A program made the translations under genes and the position numbers. Positions 23,901-39,400 of a stretch of DNA of 64,000 nucleotides are shown here, piece after piece. Origin of the DNA: Felis catus (taxonomy: Eukaryota); the NCBI RefSeq assembly GCF_018350175.1, contig NC_058368.1:2232001-2296000 (forward strand), in the 5' to 3' direction. Each line of letters starts with the position of its first letter. Position 1 is the first letter of the stretch. Below the pieces are notes generated by a model. The model did not search any database, was not told the DNA's origin, and saw only the letters and a list, made by a program, of their open reading frames with translations.

Positions 23901-26900
23901 ATTAAAATTTTTTTCAGACCTTTGTTACTTTCAAACCTATCAATATGTATACAGTTATGTTTTCTTTAGCTCTTTCCTTAATGCTGCCTACAGAATAAAT
24001 AGGACTCTCCTCTATGGCACTCATATTTACGTAATCAGTCTGGGATGTACCTTACTAAACTTTGTGAAAACTATACTCAAGACAATTTGTCTTTTCCTAT
24101 AGAAAAAAGGAAAGGAACCCATCCCTATAATTTTTAGAGTGCTTTTTATCTCTAGCCTAAAACGCTGGGAATTGCTATTTATTCCTTCTCTCCAGGTAGT
24201 CCAATGGCTTTTAGGTCCTGTTAATTCTACTACCTAAGCCTCTTCAAATCTGTCACCTCCTTTCAATTTTTCCCATTACCTTATTTCAGGCCCTCGTCAA
24301 ACGTAATGGCTTAAAGACACTTTCAACTATCAGTTTCAACACACCTCACCACCAGCAAATTTGATGGCTGAATATTCTTTAACACTTCCCAGCAGCCTTC
24401 AGAATAAAGTCCAAGATCTTCAGGGTAGCAACCACAGGCCCTCTGTGATCTGCCTCTCCAGTCTGTCATTTGCCCATACCTGTGGTCTAATTATCCTGAA
24501 CGAACAGCAGTTTCCTAAATGTATCAAGCAGTTTCACATGTGCTGTGTGCCTCTCCAACTCACACTCCAAGGCACAGTTTAAATACTACCTCCTTTGTAA
24601 AGCCTTCCCGAGTCCCTCTTTAGGCAGAGCAGACACTCCTTTCTATCATCACTGCTCACTCTTTCATCTCCACCATGCCACGCCACTTTTTTTGCAATTA
24701 CTTGGTGATATGTCTGTCTCACTCTACTGGACTGCACAGGTGCGGAATCATGTCTTAGATTAACAACCCTAAAAATTATTATTAACTGTATTTTACAGAC
24801 AAGTAAGCTAAAGCTCAAAATATTTAAGTGACTTGGCTAAAGTCGCAAAACTAGCACATGTAGTGTAGCTCAAGCCTCCTTGGACTTGTATTCTGTCCTA
24901 TAGTGTCTCTCACCTTATTCACTGTTGTAGTTCCAAAGCCTGGCATACAGCAGCAATGCTTAAGAAATATTTGTTAATTCAATAACCATTGTGGACTAAA
25001 ATCTGTTGATAAAAGAGAGAAGTACCTGGACACCTCCTTAATAAACTAAAATATATCTACTTCGATCCCCAAACCAGCATAACTAATGAGAAACACGAGA
25101 GAAGTATTCCCACTAACGTTCAGGAACAAAATAAGCAAGTTCATGATTTTTTTTAAAGCATTGTTTTAGAGAGGCATAGGGCTTCTTCTCAACCCAGCTC
25201 AGATCAATCAGGTAGAACAGCGGAGTAGTTAGATCCTGGGCTGGTCCCCCCTGGCCTCACAGAGCATTCCCCATTTATGTTAATATACACTAAAAATATA
25301 ATTTTCAATACTGTCCTGATGTGAAATGATTAGGAAGCACTAGGCAAGCCACACAATTATGAGAAATAAGTTAGTGGTATACAAATGGAAAAGAAGCAAA
25401 TGTATCACTAGTTGTATATTGTAAGACTACATGCCTTCATAGCCAAAGAAAACCAACGGAGAAACTACCATAAACGAGAGGTGGTAGTGGTATACAGAAA
25501 TCAGAGCTTTCCCAACATACGTGCAATCACTCTGTAGAAATTATAAGTGAATAAAAGTTTTATTTATAAAGCCACCTAAAAAGATAACATTCCTATGGAT
25601 GGACATAAGAACTGGGCAAGATCTACACGAGGGCTCCCCACAAGCCTCCACTGATAACCATGGGGACGGATGCTTCATTCCTGCCCCGTGGGAAAGGACA
25701 TCTACCAACTGCCCAGGCCTTCACCTGCTCTGTTACGGCCCCAGTAGGAAAGTGGGGGAGGAGATACAAGAGGGTTTCCTAGTGAAAGCTGGGCCAGGGG
25801 GAAGTCTAAGCCCACGCTCAGCCTCTGCTGGAGAAAGTGGGGACAGAGTGTAGTTTTTCCATGGTTTTTGGCTGCAGCAGGGCAGTTACTGTCTAGTTTG
25901 TCTTCCTAGGTTGCCCTTCTCCTGGTTTCGCTAAAGAAAACCAGCTTTCTTGGGGTTTTTCTGTCTGTGCCCACTGGTGCTTCCAGGTTGCCAGCTTCTC
26001 TAGCATGCAGGATGGGACACATGAAGCAGGGAGTTTGCCTCAGTATCATTCCTCAGGCACCAAGGTCCTCAGCTGATCTGCCTTTCTCTCTCCACACTTC
26101 AGCATCTTATGTTTGTTTATGTTCCAGGGTTTTTTTATTATTATTTTTAATGTTTATTTATTTGAGAGAGAGAGAGATAGAGACAGACCGTGAGCAGGGG
26201 AGGGACAGAGAGAGAGGGAGTCACAGATTCTGAAGCAGGCTCCAGGCTCCGAGCTGTCAGCACAGAGCCCGACGCGGGGCTTGAACTCATAGACTGTGAG
26301 ATCATGACCTGAGCTGAAGTCGGACGCTCAACCGACTGAGCCACCCAGGCGCCCCCCGTACAATATCCAGGGGTTTTTGTTGTACTTAGCAGGAAGAACA
26401 GTAAGAGTGTGTATTCACTCGTCCCAGAACTGGAAATTCCAATTTGGTTCTTTTTTACCGCAGAGTAGTATTCTATTGTATGGAGGTCCCACAACTTATT
26501 TATCCATTTACCAGCTGATAAGACATTTGCTTTTGGTTTTTGGCTACTATGAATACTCACATACAAACCTTTGGGTGGACATATATTTTCATTACTTGGG
26601 TAAATATTAGATACGAGATTGCTGGAGCTCTGTTTAACTTTATCAGAAACAGCCACACCGCTTTCAAAAGTGGCTGTATTGTTTTACATTCCCCACCAAA
26701 AATGAATGTTACAAGCTGCTTCACACCCTCATCAACACTTGGAACTGTCAATCTTTAAACTCGCAGCTATTCTAAAAAATATATAGTGACACCTCATTGT
26801 GATTTCGTGTTTCCCTAAAGACTACTGATGCTGAATATCTTTTTACATGCTTATTGGCCAGTCCTACACTTCTTTGTGAAGTTGTGTGTTGAAATTGTTG

Positions 26901-28453
26901 GCCACATTTTAATCATTATTTCCTTTATTATTGAACTGTAGGCTCCTCATATATCCTAGATATAGTCCTTTAACCAATATATTGTGCAAATATTTCCATC
27001 TAGTCCATATTTTATCTTTTCACTTATTTAACAGTGAGTTTTACTTATTTTTTAAAGAAACACAGTAAAACAGTGAGTTTTAAAGAGCAGAAATATTTTA
27101 TTTTGATGAAGCCTAATTTATCATTTTTTTTCTTATATGGTTCATGCTTTGGGCCCTACTTAGCAAATCTTTACCAACCAGAGGACACAAAGACTTGCTC
27201 ATATATTTCTTTCTTGAGGTTATACAGGCTTTACATTTAGGTCTGTAGCCTATTTTAAAAGCTGATTTTAAAAATTAGGGTACAAGAAAGATGGTATAAA
27301 CAGGGCTGAAATAAATTTTATTGCATTTAGGTGGCCAACAGTTCCAATCTTTTTAGCTGAAACTATCCTTTCCCTGTTGAATTGCCTTGAAACTTTTGAT
27401 AAAAAACTAATTAAAAATTAAATTAATGGGGGTTATCGACGTGGCTCCGTTGGTCAAGCATCCGACTTTGGTTCACGTCATGATCTCATGGCTCAGATTC
27501 TCTGCTGTTAGTGCAGAAACCGCTTCAGATCCTCTGTCTCCTCTCTCTGCCCCTCCCCCATGCTTTCTCTCTCTCAAAAATAAATAAACATTTTTTAAAA
27601 AGTAAATAATTAATATGTGTAAGGGTCTGTTTCTGAACTCTTATTCTGCCTATTGATGTATATGTGACCAATCTTACCCCAATACCACACTCACTTGAAT
27701 ATATGTAGCTCTTAGTAAATCTTGAAATCAGACAGTGTGAGTCCTCCAACTTCTTCTTTTTGAAAGGTGTTTTGGCTATTTTAGGTCCTTTGCACTTCCA
27801 TATAAATTCTAAACTTATCTTACTGATTTCTTTAAAAAAAAAAATGCCTGCTGGGATTTTGGTTGGCTTTGTGTTGACTCCATAGATCAATTTGGAAAGA
27901 ACGGACATCTTTGTAATAATCAGTCTTCTGTTCCGTGGACACAGCGCATCTCTTCGTTTTAGATTTTATCTCATCAATACACAAAATCTTGTATATATTT
28001 TGTTACATTTATCCCTAAAGTGTTTAATGTTTTTGATGTGATTATAAATAGTGCTTTTAAAAAATTTCAATTTCTAATTCTTATTAGTTAGAAATATAGC
28101 TGAGTTTTCTTTAGTGATCTTGCATCATATCCTATGAACTTGCTAAATTCACTTATTAGTTTTTAGTAGTATTTTTGTATATTCCTTGGGATTTTCTACA
28201 TATATGATGTCTATTAACAGTTTTCCTCTCCCTACTATCTATGTATATGCATATACATGCTTTTTTTTAAGTAAAACATCTCATGAGTTCATACTAATAA
28301 TTCAAATTCAAATTCAAGTCTACAAGGTTTTTATCATTTATCTTGTAATTGTACTTTTTTTTTTTTTTAAGAACTGAGAATCCTGGTTCTCAAAGACAGG
28401 ATGAAGAATTAGGATATCCTATATTACTCATTTTATTTTTTTAAATGCTTATT

Positions 28454-28492
<39 letters not shown>

Positions 28493-31400
28493 AAGCAGAG
28501 GAGGGGCAGAGAGAGAGGAAGACAGAGGATCTGATGCTGGCTCTGTGCTGACAGCAGCGGGTCCAATGCAGGGCTTGAACTCTCCAACCACGATATCATG
28601 ACCTGAGCTGAAACTGGATGCTCGACTGAGCCACCCAGGCGCCCCTTATTACTCATTTACTTTATCCCATATTGCCTACCCAACAACTTCGATAATGAGA
28701 CCAATATGATTACTGAAAATATGATTACTCATTTAAATAATTTTTTCACACTGCTGTCCATTTTCTAATAGCTCTACTATATCTACATGTTGCAGCATAT
28801 ACCCAATTACAAACTATAGTCCCTTTTCCTTATTACCTTTACTTATAGGTCTTAGGTCTCTAAGAACAGATGTACTTAATGTTCATATCAGAGTTTAAGT
28901 TGAGATCTCTGCAGTCACTCTGGTTGTCTAAAACTCATTCCCATTCTCTAGCAAACTGGTTTTGTCATAGATATTATTCAATTTGTTGAATGTTTTTGTG
29001 CTCTGGGGAGACTCAAAAATAATGCACCATCACCTTCCCAGAATCTCGGGACAGTGACTTTTTGAAAAGAACAGACCAGAGGTGCCTGGGATGGTTGAGC
29101 ATCCGACTCCTGATTTCAGCTCAGGTCATGATCCCAGGGTCATAGGACTGAGCCCCAAGCTTAGCACAGAGCCTGCTTAAGATTCTTTCTCTCGGGGCAC
29201 CTGGGTGGCTCGGTCGGTTAAGTGCCCGACTTCAGCTCAGGTCACGATCTCGCGGTCCGTGAGTTTGAGCCCCGCATCGGGCTCTGTGCTGACAGCTCAG
29301 AGCCTGGAGCCTGTTTCCGATTCTGTGTCTCCCTCTCTCTCTGCCCCTCCCCCGTTCATGCTCTGTCTCTCTGTCTCAAAAATAAATAAACGTTAAAAAA
29401 ATTTTTTAAAATAAAGATTCTTTCTCTCTTCCCCCACCCCTCTCCCCTGCTCTCCCATGGGCGCTCTCCCTCTTCCTCTCTGAAAATAAATAAGTAATGA
29501 AAAGAATAGGCCAGACGCCTTATGAAATGTACTGGATTTGTCTGTTTCTTTTTGGTGTCCTCAACTTCATACTCTATCCCCTACCCCAAACTCCTCTTCC
29601 TATTATTCCACTCCAAGTGTAAAGGTTTCAATGTAATTTGGGGGTGGGAGGGAGAGAATGGACAAGAATATTCAGATCTGAAGTATTCTGGGATCAGGAG
29701 GTATATTATTGAAGTTTGTCACTCTGCCACACTTGGATCACTTGACAAGGTGGCAACCACCAAGCCTCTCCTTTGTGAAGGCACATTTTTCACTTAACAA
29801 TCATGGAAGTCTTTTGTGGGGTAAAAGTTAACAATATGTGAATATCTTCTTCACCCAACACGTTTCACCGAATGGTGTTAATATCCGCTGATGAATCAAT
29901 TATTTTGTAGAATTTGAAAATTACCATTAAAAACCCTCTTTTATTTATTTCTACACTTTTAAGCAGGCATTCTTCTATAAAGCGCTTTCAACTAGTGATT
30001 AACTAGAGCTTCCGAAAAAGGCAGCACAAAAACTTAATTATTGCCCTTTACCCACTTTCAGAACAGAATGTTGATATAACATTCAACTCCACTGTTAGCA
30101 AATAAATTCAAATTTCCTCTTTTTGAATATCAATGAGGAAACTTATGGATTTTTATTTAATATGCCATTATCGGCTACCCTCATTCTTTTTTAGGCTCAA
30201 ACTGTCTCGTCTTTGGCCAATGCTCTTCCGAGGGACCCCTGCAACCTCCTGAATGGGCCCCATTAGTCTCTGAGCACGTCTTTGCTGTCTAGCACAAGAT
30301 GTCCCAGGGCTCACTTACATCTTCCCTCCTGCAGACCTGAAATTAGCCATTTCTCCAAGGGGCACTGGTTCTTTTTTAAGTAGGCTCTAACCCTAATGTG
30401 GGTCTTGAACTCACGACCCCTACCCATACCCCCCCACCAAATCAAGAGTGGCATGCATTATGGACCAGCCAGCCACGGTGCCTGCATTGGTTCCTTTTAG
30501 TAGTATTTGGAAACCAAGTGTTGAATACTAGGGGTGCTCATAGCTACTGGAGTTTCATTGCTTTTAGGCCCTTTGGGATGACCGAAATAGTGTTACAAAT
30601 CCATATTTATATTCACATTGATATTTCCAATTCAAATAGAACATTATGAAGTTTTCCCTTAATTTTCTTGGCATTGTATTTGTATCTCTTTGCATTTATG
30701 TACAGTGAAAATCTTAGTTCCTAATTAATTTACTTACTCAGCTCATCCTAAAATATAAACAAAATAGTTTAAAAACTGCATTCTAGTTTACGGTTTCTTT
30801 GTAGTTTTAAAATTCTGCTTCGTTTTGGCTTTAAACTGTATCCCACGAAGGAGTACAATATCCAAAAGCCACTTGAAACGATTCTTTCCTGTGTATAGTA
30901 TCAATTTTACGTAAAATTAAGTTATTTGTGTCATGGTCCCAAACTTTACAGTTTGCTTTTGCCTCCTCTTTAATTTTATTTTTTGAATATGCAAAAAATA
31001 TAAATGGCTTAAAAGTCGAAACTACACAAAAAGGTACTCAGAAAGACCTGGCTTTCCTTCCTTACCCTCTCACTCCAGGTAGTCATTTTTATTAGCCTCC
31101 TTTATCATATTTCTTTTAGCAAAGTAAACAAATAAAAATGTATTTCTAATTTCTTCCTTTACATATTTATTCTGCATCTTGCTTTTCTCATTTAACACAC
31201 CCTGGAAATCATTGCACATTAGTACATAGAGACAATCATTGTTTGTGTTTTAAAGCAGTGCACAGTATTCCACTGTGTGGGTGTTCCAGTTCTACAATCA
31301 GGGCTCTATTGATAGACACTTGGGCAGTCTCCAACCTCTACTGCTACAAACAATGTGGCAGTGAATAACCTTATGCATGTGTTGTTTATTTGTGGAAGTT

Positions 31401-33360
31401 TATTCTCAGTGTCGATTACTGATAATGAAATTGCTGGACCAAAAGTACATCTGCCTGGTTTCCCCAAATCCCTGTTAGAAGGGTTGTTCCATTTTGTACC
31501 CCTCCCAGCAATGCTGGAGACTGCCTGTTTTTCCACCATCGACCCAATACAGTGTTTCTAAACGTTTTGCATCACAGGGTGATTTTACTTTGCGGTTTTC
31601 TTCTGCATGAGAATAAGCATCTTTTCATATGTTTATGAGCCAGTCCCTTCCTTCCATCCTTTCCCCGCAACTGTTTCTGTCACTTATGCACTTTTTTTTT
31701 TCTATTGGGCTTTCCTCACTCCCCGCTTATAAGGCCATCCACCCATGTTTCCTTCCAGTACTTGAATGTTTTCATTTTTTACATTCAAATGTGGCCCATC
31801 TTGAAAGGGGAAAAGTATCAGATCAGCCTGAAAAATCTTGTGTCGCCAGAAAGTCAGGGAAGGATAAATGATGGCGACATGTTGAAAGAACATGGAAAAG
31901 TCGAAGGGGCTCCTCCCGGCCAAATCCGGGACAATATGAGGAACAGATTACAGAGTCTCAAGGTATTTGCCCACAAAGACACCCATCTGGAGTCAGATGC
32001 CGAGACACCGTGCGGGCTACAAGCCGTGTACTAAGGAGAAATCCAACCGTGGCGCAGGCTTATCAAAACCTTGGCCGACTACAGAGAGCTCTAGAGCAGG
32101 CGGCCCCTTCTCACTCAGACACGGGATGGATGCAGGCTGGCACAGGAAGGTGTGACCGTGTGTGCAGTTAGTCACACTGACAGAGCGGACAGCCAGAAGC
32201 TGACACCACTGAGCGGCAAGCGCTTCCTCGAAGGATCTGTGTCGTACGTCTGAGTCTACTTATTAATTACAAAGAAACGCTGTACCTTCACGGGATGGAG
32301 AAACTTGGCCTGAAGCGCCTGAAGTGGTGACTGAAGTTAACATCCGAGACATGGTACAATCAATGGCACAGCGTCACTCTGGGGTACTCCTGCTAAAAAT
32401 ATGCGCTTTGAATCTAATCGTGAGGAAACACCACCTAATTTAAGGGGCCTTCCGCAGAGGAAGCCTGTCCTCGTCAAAACTGTTATGGTCATGAGAGAGA
32501 AAGCAATACTGAGCAACTCTTCCAGATGAAAAGACACTAAGAGACAGGAGACTGCCCGCAGTGCGATCCTAGGCCGGACTGTGGAGCAGAAGGGATTAGG
32601 GGGGCACCTGGTGAAATCTGAATAAGGCTTACAGACTGGGGTAGTATTTTATCAACGCTAATTTCCTGATTTTGTGAACCGTATGCTGATACTACGTAAG
32701 AAAATGCTCTTTGCTGCGGATGGAAGTTTGTGTCCCCCCCCCCCGCCCCGCCCAATTCATAGATTTTTTGAAGATGGGGCCTTTGGGAGGTGATTAGGTC
32801 ATAAAGGTGAAGCCTTCGAGAATGGGATTAGTGCCCTCATAGGAGATCTGAGAGAAATCCTTTGTCCCTTCTGCCACGTGACGATATAGTGAAAAGATGG
32901 CCATCTATGAACCAGTAAGCGGGCCCTCACCGGACCACAAATCTGTGGTGCCTGATGTTGGACTTCCCAGCCTTCTGAGAAATAAATTTCTGTTGTTTAT
33001 AAGCCACCTGGCCTGCAGTGCTGTTACAGAAGTTTGAACAAACTTGTTCTTAGAAAATATCACTGAAGTATTGGTGCAGGGATGTTATATCTGCAACTTA
33101 CTCTCAAACTGTTTCAGAGACAATGACAAAGAACGGGCAGCAAATAATAACATTCAGGGAATCAGGGTGAAGGACATATGAAAATCCTTCGGACTATTTT
33201 TCACAAGTCTGAAATTACTTTAAAATTAAAAGTTTAGGGATGCCCGGGTGGCTGGCTCAGGCGGTTAGGCATCCAACTCTTGATCTTGGCTCAGGTCATG
33301 ATCTCACGGTTTGTGAGATCAAGCCCTCCATCGGGCTCTGTGCTGGCAGTGTGGAACCTG

Positions 33361-33410
<50 letters not shown>

Positions 33411-36400
33411 CCTCCCTCCCTCCCTCCCTCTCTCTGCCCCTCCTCAGCTCTTGCTGTCTCTCAAAATAAATAAACATTAAAAAAATAATAAAATTAAAAT
33501 GTTGAAATAGAAGAAAAGAAAAAATAAGATTTTATCAATTTGTAGTTTATTCTTGGAGTATCATGTGAGGTATGGACTGGATTTTATCTCTCACCAAGTA
33601 TCTACCCAGTTGTCCCATCTGTTCCTCTGTGACTTGAGATGCTACTTTTATCATGTCCTACATTTCTATAATTACTATTTGTGGACATTCTAGTCTGCTC
33701 CATTGGCCAATACTTCCATCCACGCACCATACCATACAATTGTTTAAGGCTTTATTTTCTAGAGCAGCTTTAGGTTCAGAGCAAAACTGAAGGGACAGTA
33801 GAGTGAGTTCTCAAATACCCCCCTTACCCCAACAGGTTTTTTTTAATTTAAGAGAGACAGCGCGCGCACGGTGCATGAGCAAGGGAAGGGCAGAGAGAGA
33901 GAGAAAGAGAGAGAATCCCAAGCAAGCTCCATGTTGTCAGCCCAGAGCCCGATGTGGGGCTTGATCCCACTAACCATGAGATCATGACCTGACCCGAAAT
34001 CAAGAGTCAGATACTCAACTGACTGAGCCACCCAGGCTCCCCTCAATAGATTTAATTATAGAGGTTTTGTAGTTTAAAATCTGGTGGGGTTTGCCCTCTT
34101 TATGACTCTTTTTCAGAGGTTTCCTGGTTCTTTCTTGTTTGTTTTTCCCAGTGACTTTTAGGATCGACTTATCTAGTGCCAGAAAAAAGACAACTTTGTT
34201 GAGAATGGAATTCATTTACATATTGACTTGAGGAGATCAGAAATCTCTGTAATGTTGAGTTATTCTATTCATGAACATGAAATATGAAATGTCTTTCCAC
34301 TTATTTAAGTCTACTTTTGTGTTTTTCAAGAATGTTTACCCCTTACAGATTTGGCATATTTCTTAAGTTTATTCTTAAGTATTTTATCTTTTTGATGTTA
34401 GTGGAAAAGGAGACTTTTCCTCCACTATGTTTTCAAACAAACTATTATGTATATACAGAAACTATTGGGTTTTTGTTTGCTAATTTTACTCAATTCTTTT
34501 GGTTTCAGTGTTCTGCTGTTATTGATCCTCTTGGCTTTTCAACATATACTATCACATCATCTACACAGAGAAGTAGCTTTTTCTATTCCTTTCCAATGTC
34601 TTATGCTTCTAACTATTTTCTCTTGATTGAATATAGCAGTTGATTTTGTCAATACAGTACAATGGTACACAGCAATGGCCATGGTAACAAAGCATCTTAC
34701 TTGTTCCTGGTTTTAGCAGAACGTGATCAAGTATTTTGTACGTGCGTAATTTTGTCCAAAAGTCATTTATTACTATTTTGTCAAGTCTTTTTTTAAAATG
34801 AGAAATAGGGGCATCTCAATGGCTCAGTCAGTTAAGCATCCGACTCTTGATTTCAGCTCAGGTCATGTTCTTACAGTTGTGAGTTCAAGACCCACATTGG
34901 GCTCTGTGCTGACAGTGCAGAGCCTGCTTCGGATTCTCTCTCTCCCTCTCTCTCTGCCCCTCCTCTGTTAGCACTCATTGTCTCTCTCACTCTCTCAAAA
35001 TAAATAAATAAACCTTAAAAAATACATAAAATTAGAAACAGATGTTGGCATTTTTCAAATAGCTCTTCATCATCTACAGCAATAATGACTTTTCTTCCTA
35101 AATGATGAATTTAATAACAAAAGGTAAGTAGAAGAAATTAGCTACTACCTCCCGGATGTACTGTAATACCACTTTTTCCAGAGGCACAGTCTTTTCAGAA
35201 ATGATGTGCTCCCCACCCTCCGCCCCCATCACCACTATTGGTAGCTTTGTTCCCAAAGATCAACAAGTCTAGAAGAATTTAAATAGGTATTTCATGAAAA
35301 AAGAATTCTACGGCAAAAGTTTAGAAAAATACTGGGTGAAACAGTTACTGACTTGGTTATGGCAGGGCTTCTTAAAACTCGTAATATGCATAAAATATCT
35401 AGGAATAAACTTAACAAAAGAGGTGAAAGACCTGTACTCTGAAAACTATAAAACACTGATGAAAGAAATTGAAGATGACACAAAAAAATAGACATTCCAT
35501 ACTCGTAGACTGGAAGAACACATATTGTTAAAAAATATCTATTATTACCCAAAGCAATCTACACATTTAATGCAATCCTTATCGAAATACCAACAGCATT
35601 TTTCAAAGAACTAGGACAAACAATCCTATAATTTGTATGGGACCACAAAAGACCCCAAATAGCCAAAAAAAATCTTGAAAAAATAAGAAACAAAACTGGA
35701 GTTATCACAATTCCAGACTTCAAGTTATATTACGAAGCCGTAGTGATCAAAACAGCATAGTGCTGGCAGAAAAACAGACACATAGATCAATGGAAAAGAA
35801 TACAGAGCCCAGAAGGAAATTCCTAATTATATGGTCAAATAATCTTTAACAAAGCAAGAAAGAATATCCAATCAGAAAAAGACAATCTCTTCATAAATGG
35901 CACTGAGAAAACTGGACAGCCACATGCAAAAGAATGAAACTGGATGACTTTCTTACACACAAAAAATAAATTCAAAATGGATCAAAGACCTACATATGAG
36001 ACCTGAAACCATAAAAGAGCAAAGACAGTAACCTTTGACATCGGCCACGGCAACTTCTTAGATGTGTCTCCTGAGGCAAGGGAAACAAAAGCAAAAATAA
36101 ACTATTGGGATTACATCAAAATATAAAGCTTCTGCACAGCAAAGGTAACAATCAACAACCTAAAAAACCTACCGAATGGGAGATGTTTGCCAATGACCTA
36201 TACAATAAAGGGTTAATATCCAAACTATATGAAGAACTTCTACAACTCAACACCAAAAAAACAAATAATGCAATTAAAAATGGGAGAAGACACGAATAGA
36301 CATTTGTCCAAGACGACACACATTTGTCTAACAGACACAGGAAGATGTACTCAACATCACTAATGATCAAGGAAATGCAAATCAAAACCACAACGAGAGA

Positions 36401-39400
36401 TTATCTCACTCCTGTCAGAATGGCTGAAACCAAAAACTTAAGAAACAAGCGTTGGTGAGGAAGTAGAGAAAAAGGAACCCTTGTGCACTGATGGTAGAAA
36501 TGCAAACTGGTACAGCCGCTGTGGAAGACGGAGGTTCTTGAAAACATTAAAAATAGAGCGACTCTGTGATCCAGGAACTGCACTACTGGGTATTTACTCA
36601 AAGAATATGAAAAAGCTCACTTGAAGGGATATATGCACCCCTATGTTTACTGCAGCATTATTTACAATAACCAACTATGGAAGCAACCCAAGTGTTGACA
36701 GATAAATGCATAAAGAAGCTGTGCTATATATTTACAATGGAATATTACTGAGCCATAAAGAAGAATGAAACCTTGCCATTTGCAACCACACGGATGGATC
36801 CAGAGGGTACAATGCTATGTGAAATAAGCCGGTCAGAGAAAGACGAATAGCGCATGGTTTCACTCATCTGTGGAATTTAAAAGGCAAAACAAACAAACAA
36901 AGGCAAACCAAAAATAACTGACTCTTAGCTACAGAGAACAAACTGATGGTTACCAGAGGGGAGGTGGGTGGTGGATGAAACAGGGGAAGGGGATTAAGAG
37001 GACGCTTATGCTGATGAGAGATGCGAAGTCTATGGGACTGCCGAATCACTACACTGAACACCTGAAACTAATACAACACTGTTAATTACACCGGCATTTA
37101 AAACGGAAACTTGTAATATGCAAATGAGCACTGTGATATTAAAGAACTACCGTATGAAGTACAAGTGCACATTTATACATCTTTGTATTCCCAGTGCCAA
37201 ATACGGCACCGAGAACACTATACGCACTTAATGTTTGTTAAATGATGAAATCAACACGGAGATATTCTTAAGGTCGGGGGCATATCTGTATTCAAGATTA
37301 ATTGTGAGCTATCTCCTGTATGAATACATTCAATTCTCTCTCTTCTACTAGCATGGGAATTGGTGCTATATAATCAATTCACTCAGTCAACAAATATCTG
37401 AGTACATATTAAGCAGGACCTGTTTTTAGGTTCTGGAAATAAAGCAGTGAACACATTACTCAGGAGAGAAACATAAATAACTACATTAAGCAGCAGTAAG
37501 CGCCGCGAAGAAAAACAACGCAGGGTAAGAAAGTGAAAGAGGAAGTACTTATGTTCCATGGCGTAGTCAGCAAAGCCTCTCTGACAGTTGAGTATTCTGA
37601 AAGAAACCTAGATGGAGACAAGCAGCCCTTCGGAACCTGGGAGGAAAGCATCCCAAGCAGAAAGAGAAGGAAGTACAAAGGTCCTCAGGTGGGACGTGCG
37701 TGGTCTGACAGGTAAAAAGCAAGGAGGCCTGTTTGGCCGAAGCAAAGCGGGCAAAGGAAGAGAGGAGTCAAAATCAGTGGCAGACCAGAACACTTAGGGC
37801 CTGACGGGCTACAGAAAGAACGCTGGATTTCATTAGGAGCAAAGAGGAAAGCCACTGGAGGGTGCTGGACACAGACGTAATCATCTTGCCTCGGATTTTT
37901 AATGATTCCTGCTGACATTTGAGGGGGGGACTGTTAGGAAGCTACTGCATATGTGTACATGGTATTTCTCATAGCCATGACCCCTCACTTCTCCTTTTTT
38001 AATACTTGTAAAAAGTATACCAGTTATCCACAGAAAAATAAGAATCATACAGTACCAGGAACAAGAAAAAATCAGTGTCAATTCACACCAGTGATATATG
38101 CGATCCACATGTGCAAAAATAACATTTCGGTGTTATTAATTCCTCCAGGTGCTGATGATATCCTTTTCATGCAATTAGTTTAAAAAGCTTCCCTGAAGAC
38201 TTCACATTTAATAAGTTCATACTTAGTTTTATATGTTGTCCAATTAGTACGCTAATAAAAATGTCTCCTCCTATGATTCCAACTGGGTGGGCCTACGTTC
38301 ACGTTAGTAAGTATAATGAAGCACTGGAAGAAGTGAGAGGACACAGAGAACAGAAATGTTTTAAAAATAATTTTAAACGATCTTTTATCATCAAGGCGTG
38401 TGGATCTCAACTTTAGAGAGGCCTGTTTTCCATCAAAGCATCATCACCATTACTTGGGACCTACTACTTGAGTTCAGTGGAGAGGCCCATCCCCTAAAGA
38501 CGATGTGCTGCGTATCTCAGCAACACCTAAATCTGTGTAGCTCATACACCTGCAAGAACAGTGCCAGGTATCAATCTTCTTAAAGTCCCATGTGACGTGG
38601 AGGACCCCCTCTCTCAGCATACTCCCCCCCCCACCCGCTCATGCCAGATAGGCACACGCTTTTGCAATATGATCTTCAGATACAGTCAATTAAGAATTAA
38701 AAAAGACTCTAAGAAAGTGCTCTTTCATTCACTGAAGTCAGAGGGAGGAAGGGATAAAAACTCTAAGAATTAAAAACAGAGAAACACGGGGCGCCTGGGT
38801 GGCCACCTGGTCAAGCGTCAGACTCTTGGTTTTGGCTCAGGTCATGATCTCCCGGTTTGTGTGACTGAGCCCTATGTCAGGCTCTGCGCTGGCCGCATGG
38901 AGACTGCCTGAGATCTTCCCTCTCCCTCTTTCTGCCCCCCACCCCTGCTGGTGCTCTCTCTCCCTCTCTCTCAAAATAAATAAATAAACATTCTAAAAAA
39001 CTAAAAATAAAGAAACAAAGAAAACTGCCCAAAAAAGGAAGACAAGAAAAAATATGCTAGTGGCTACTTAAATCTTTGCCCCACCTCCAGTAATATTTGA
39101 AAGCCTGCTCTGCTAAAAACTTTACATTATTTTGCAAGACCGGTATTATCCCATTTTATAGCATGGCAACAAGCACAGGCAGGTTAAATAATTTATGAAG
39201 ATCATCCAACAAGTATTAGTTTGGCCAGGAGGCCAGTGTGTAGCAGCTGCCGAAACAAAGGAGGAATGGAGAGGAAATTATGTCGGAGAAGTCGTGAGGG
39301 GAGGAGGCCATGGTAGGGACCTTAGGTAGTCCACTGAACAAGACAGGAGGCCAGCCGAGGTTTTCAGAAGAGGAGTGACGAATGTGGTATTGATTTGCAA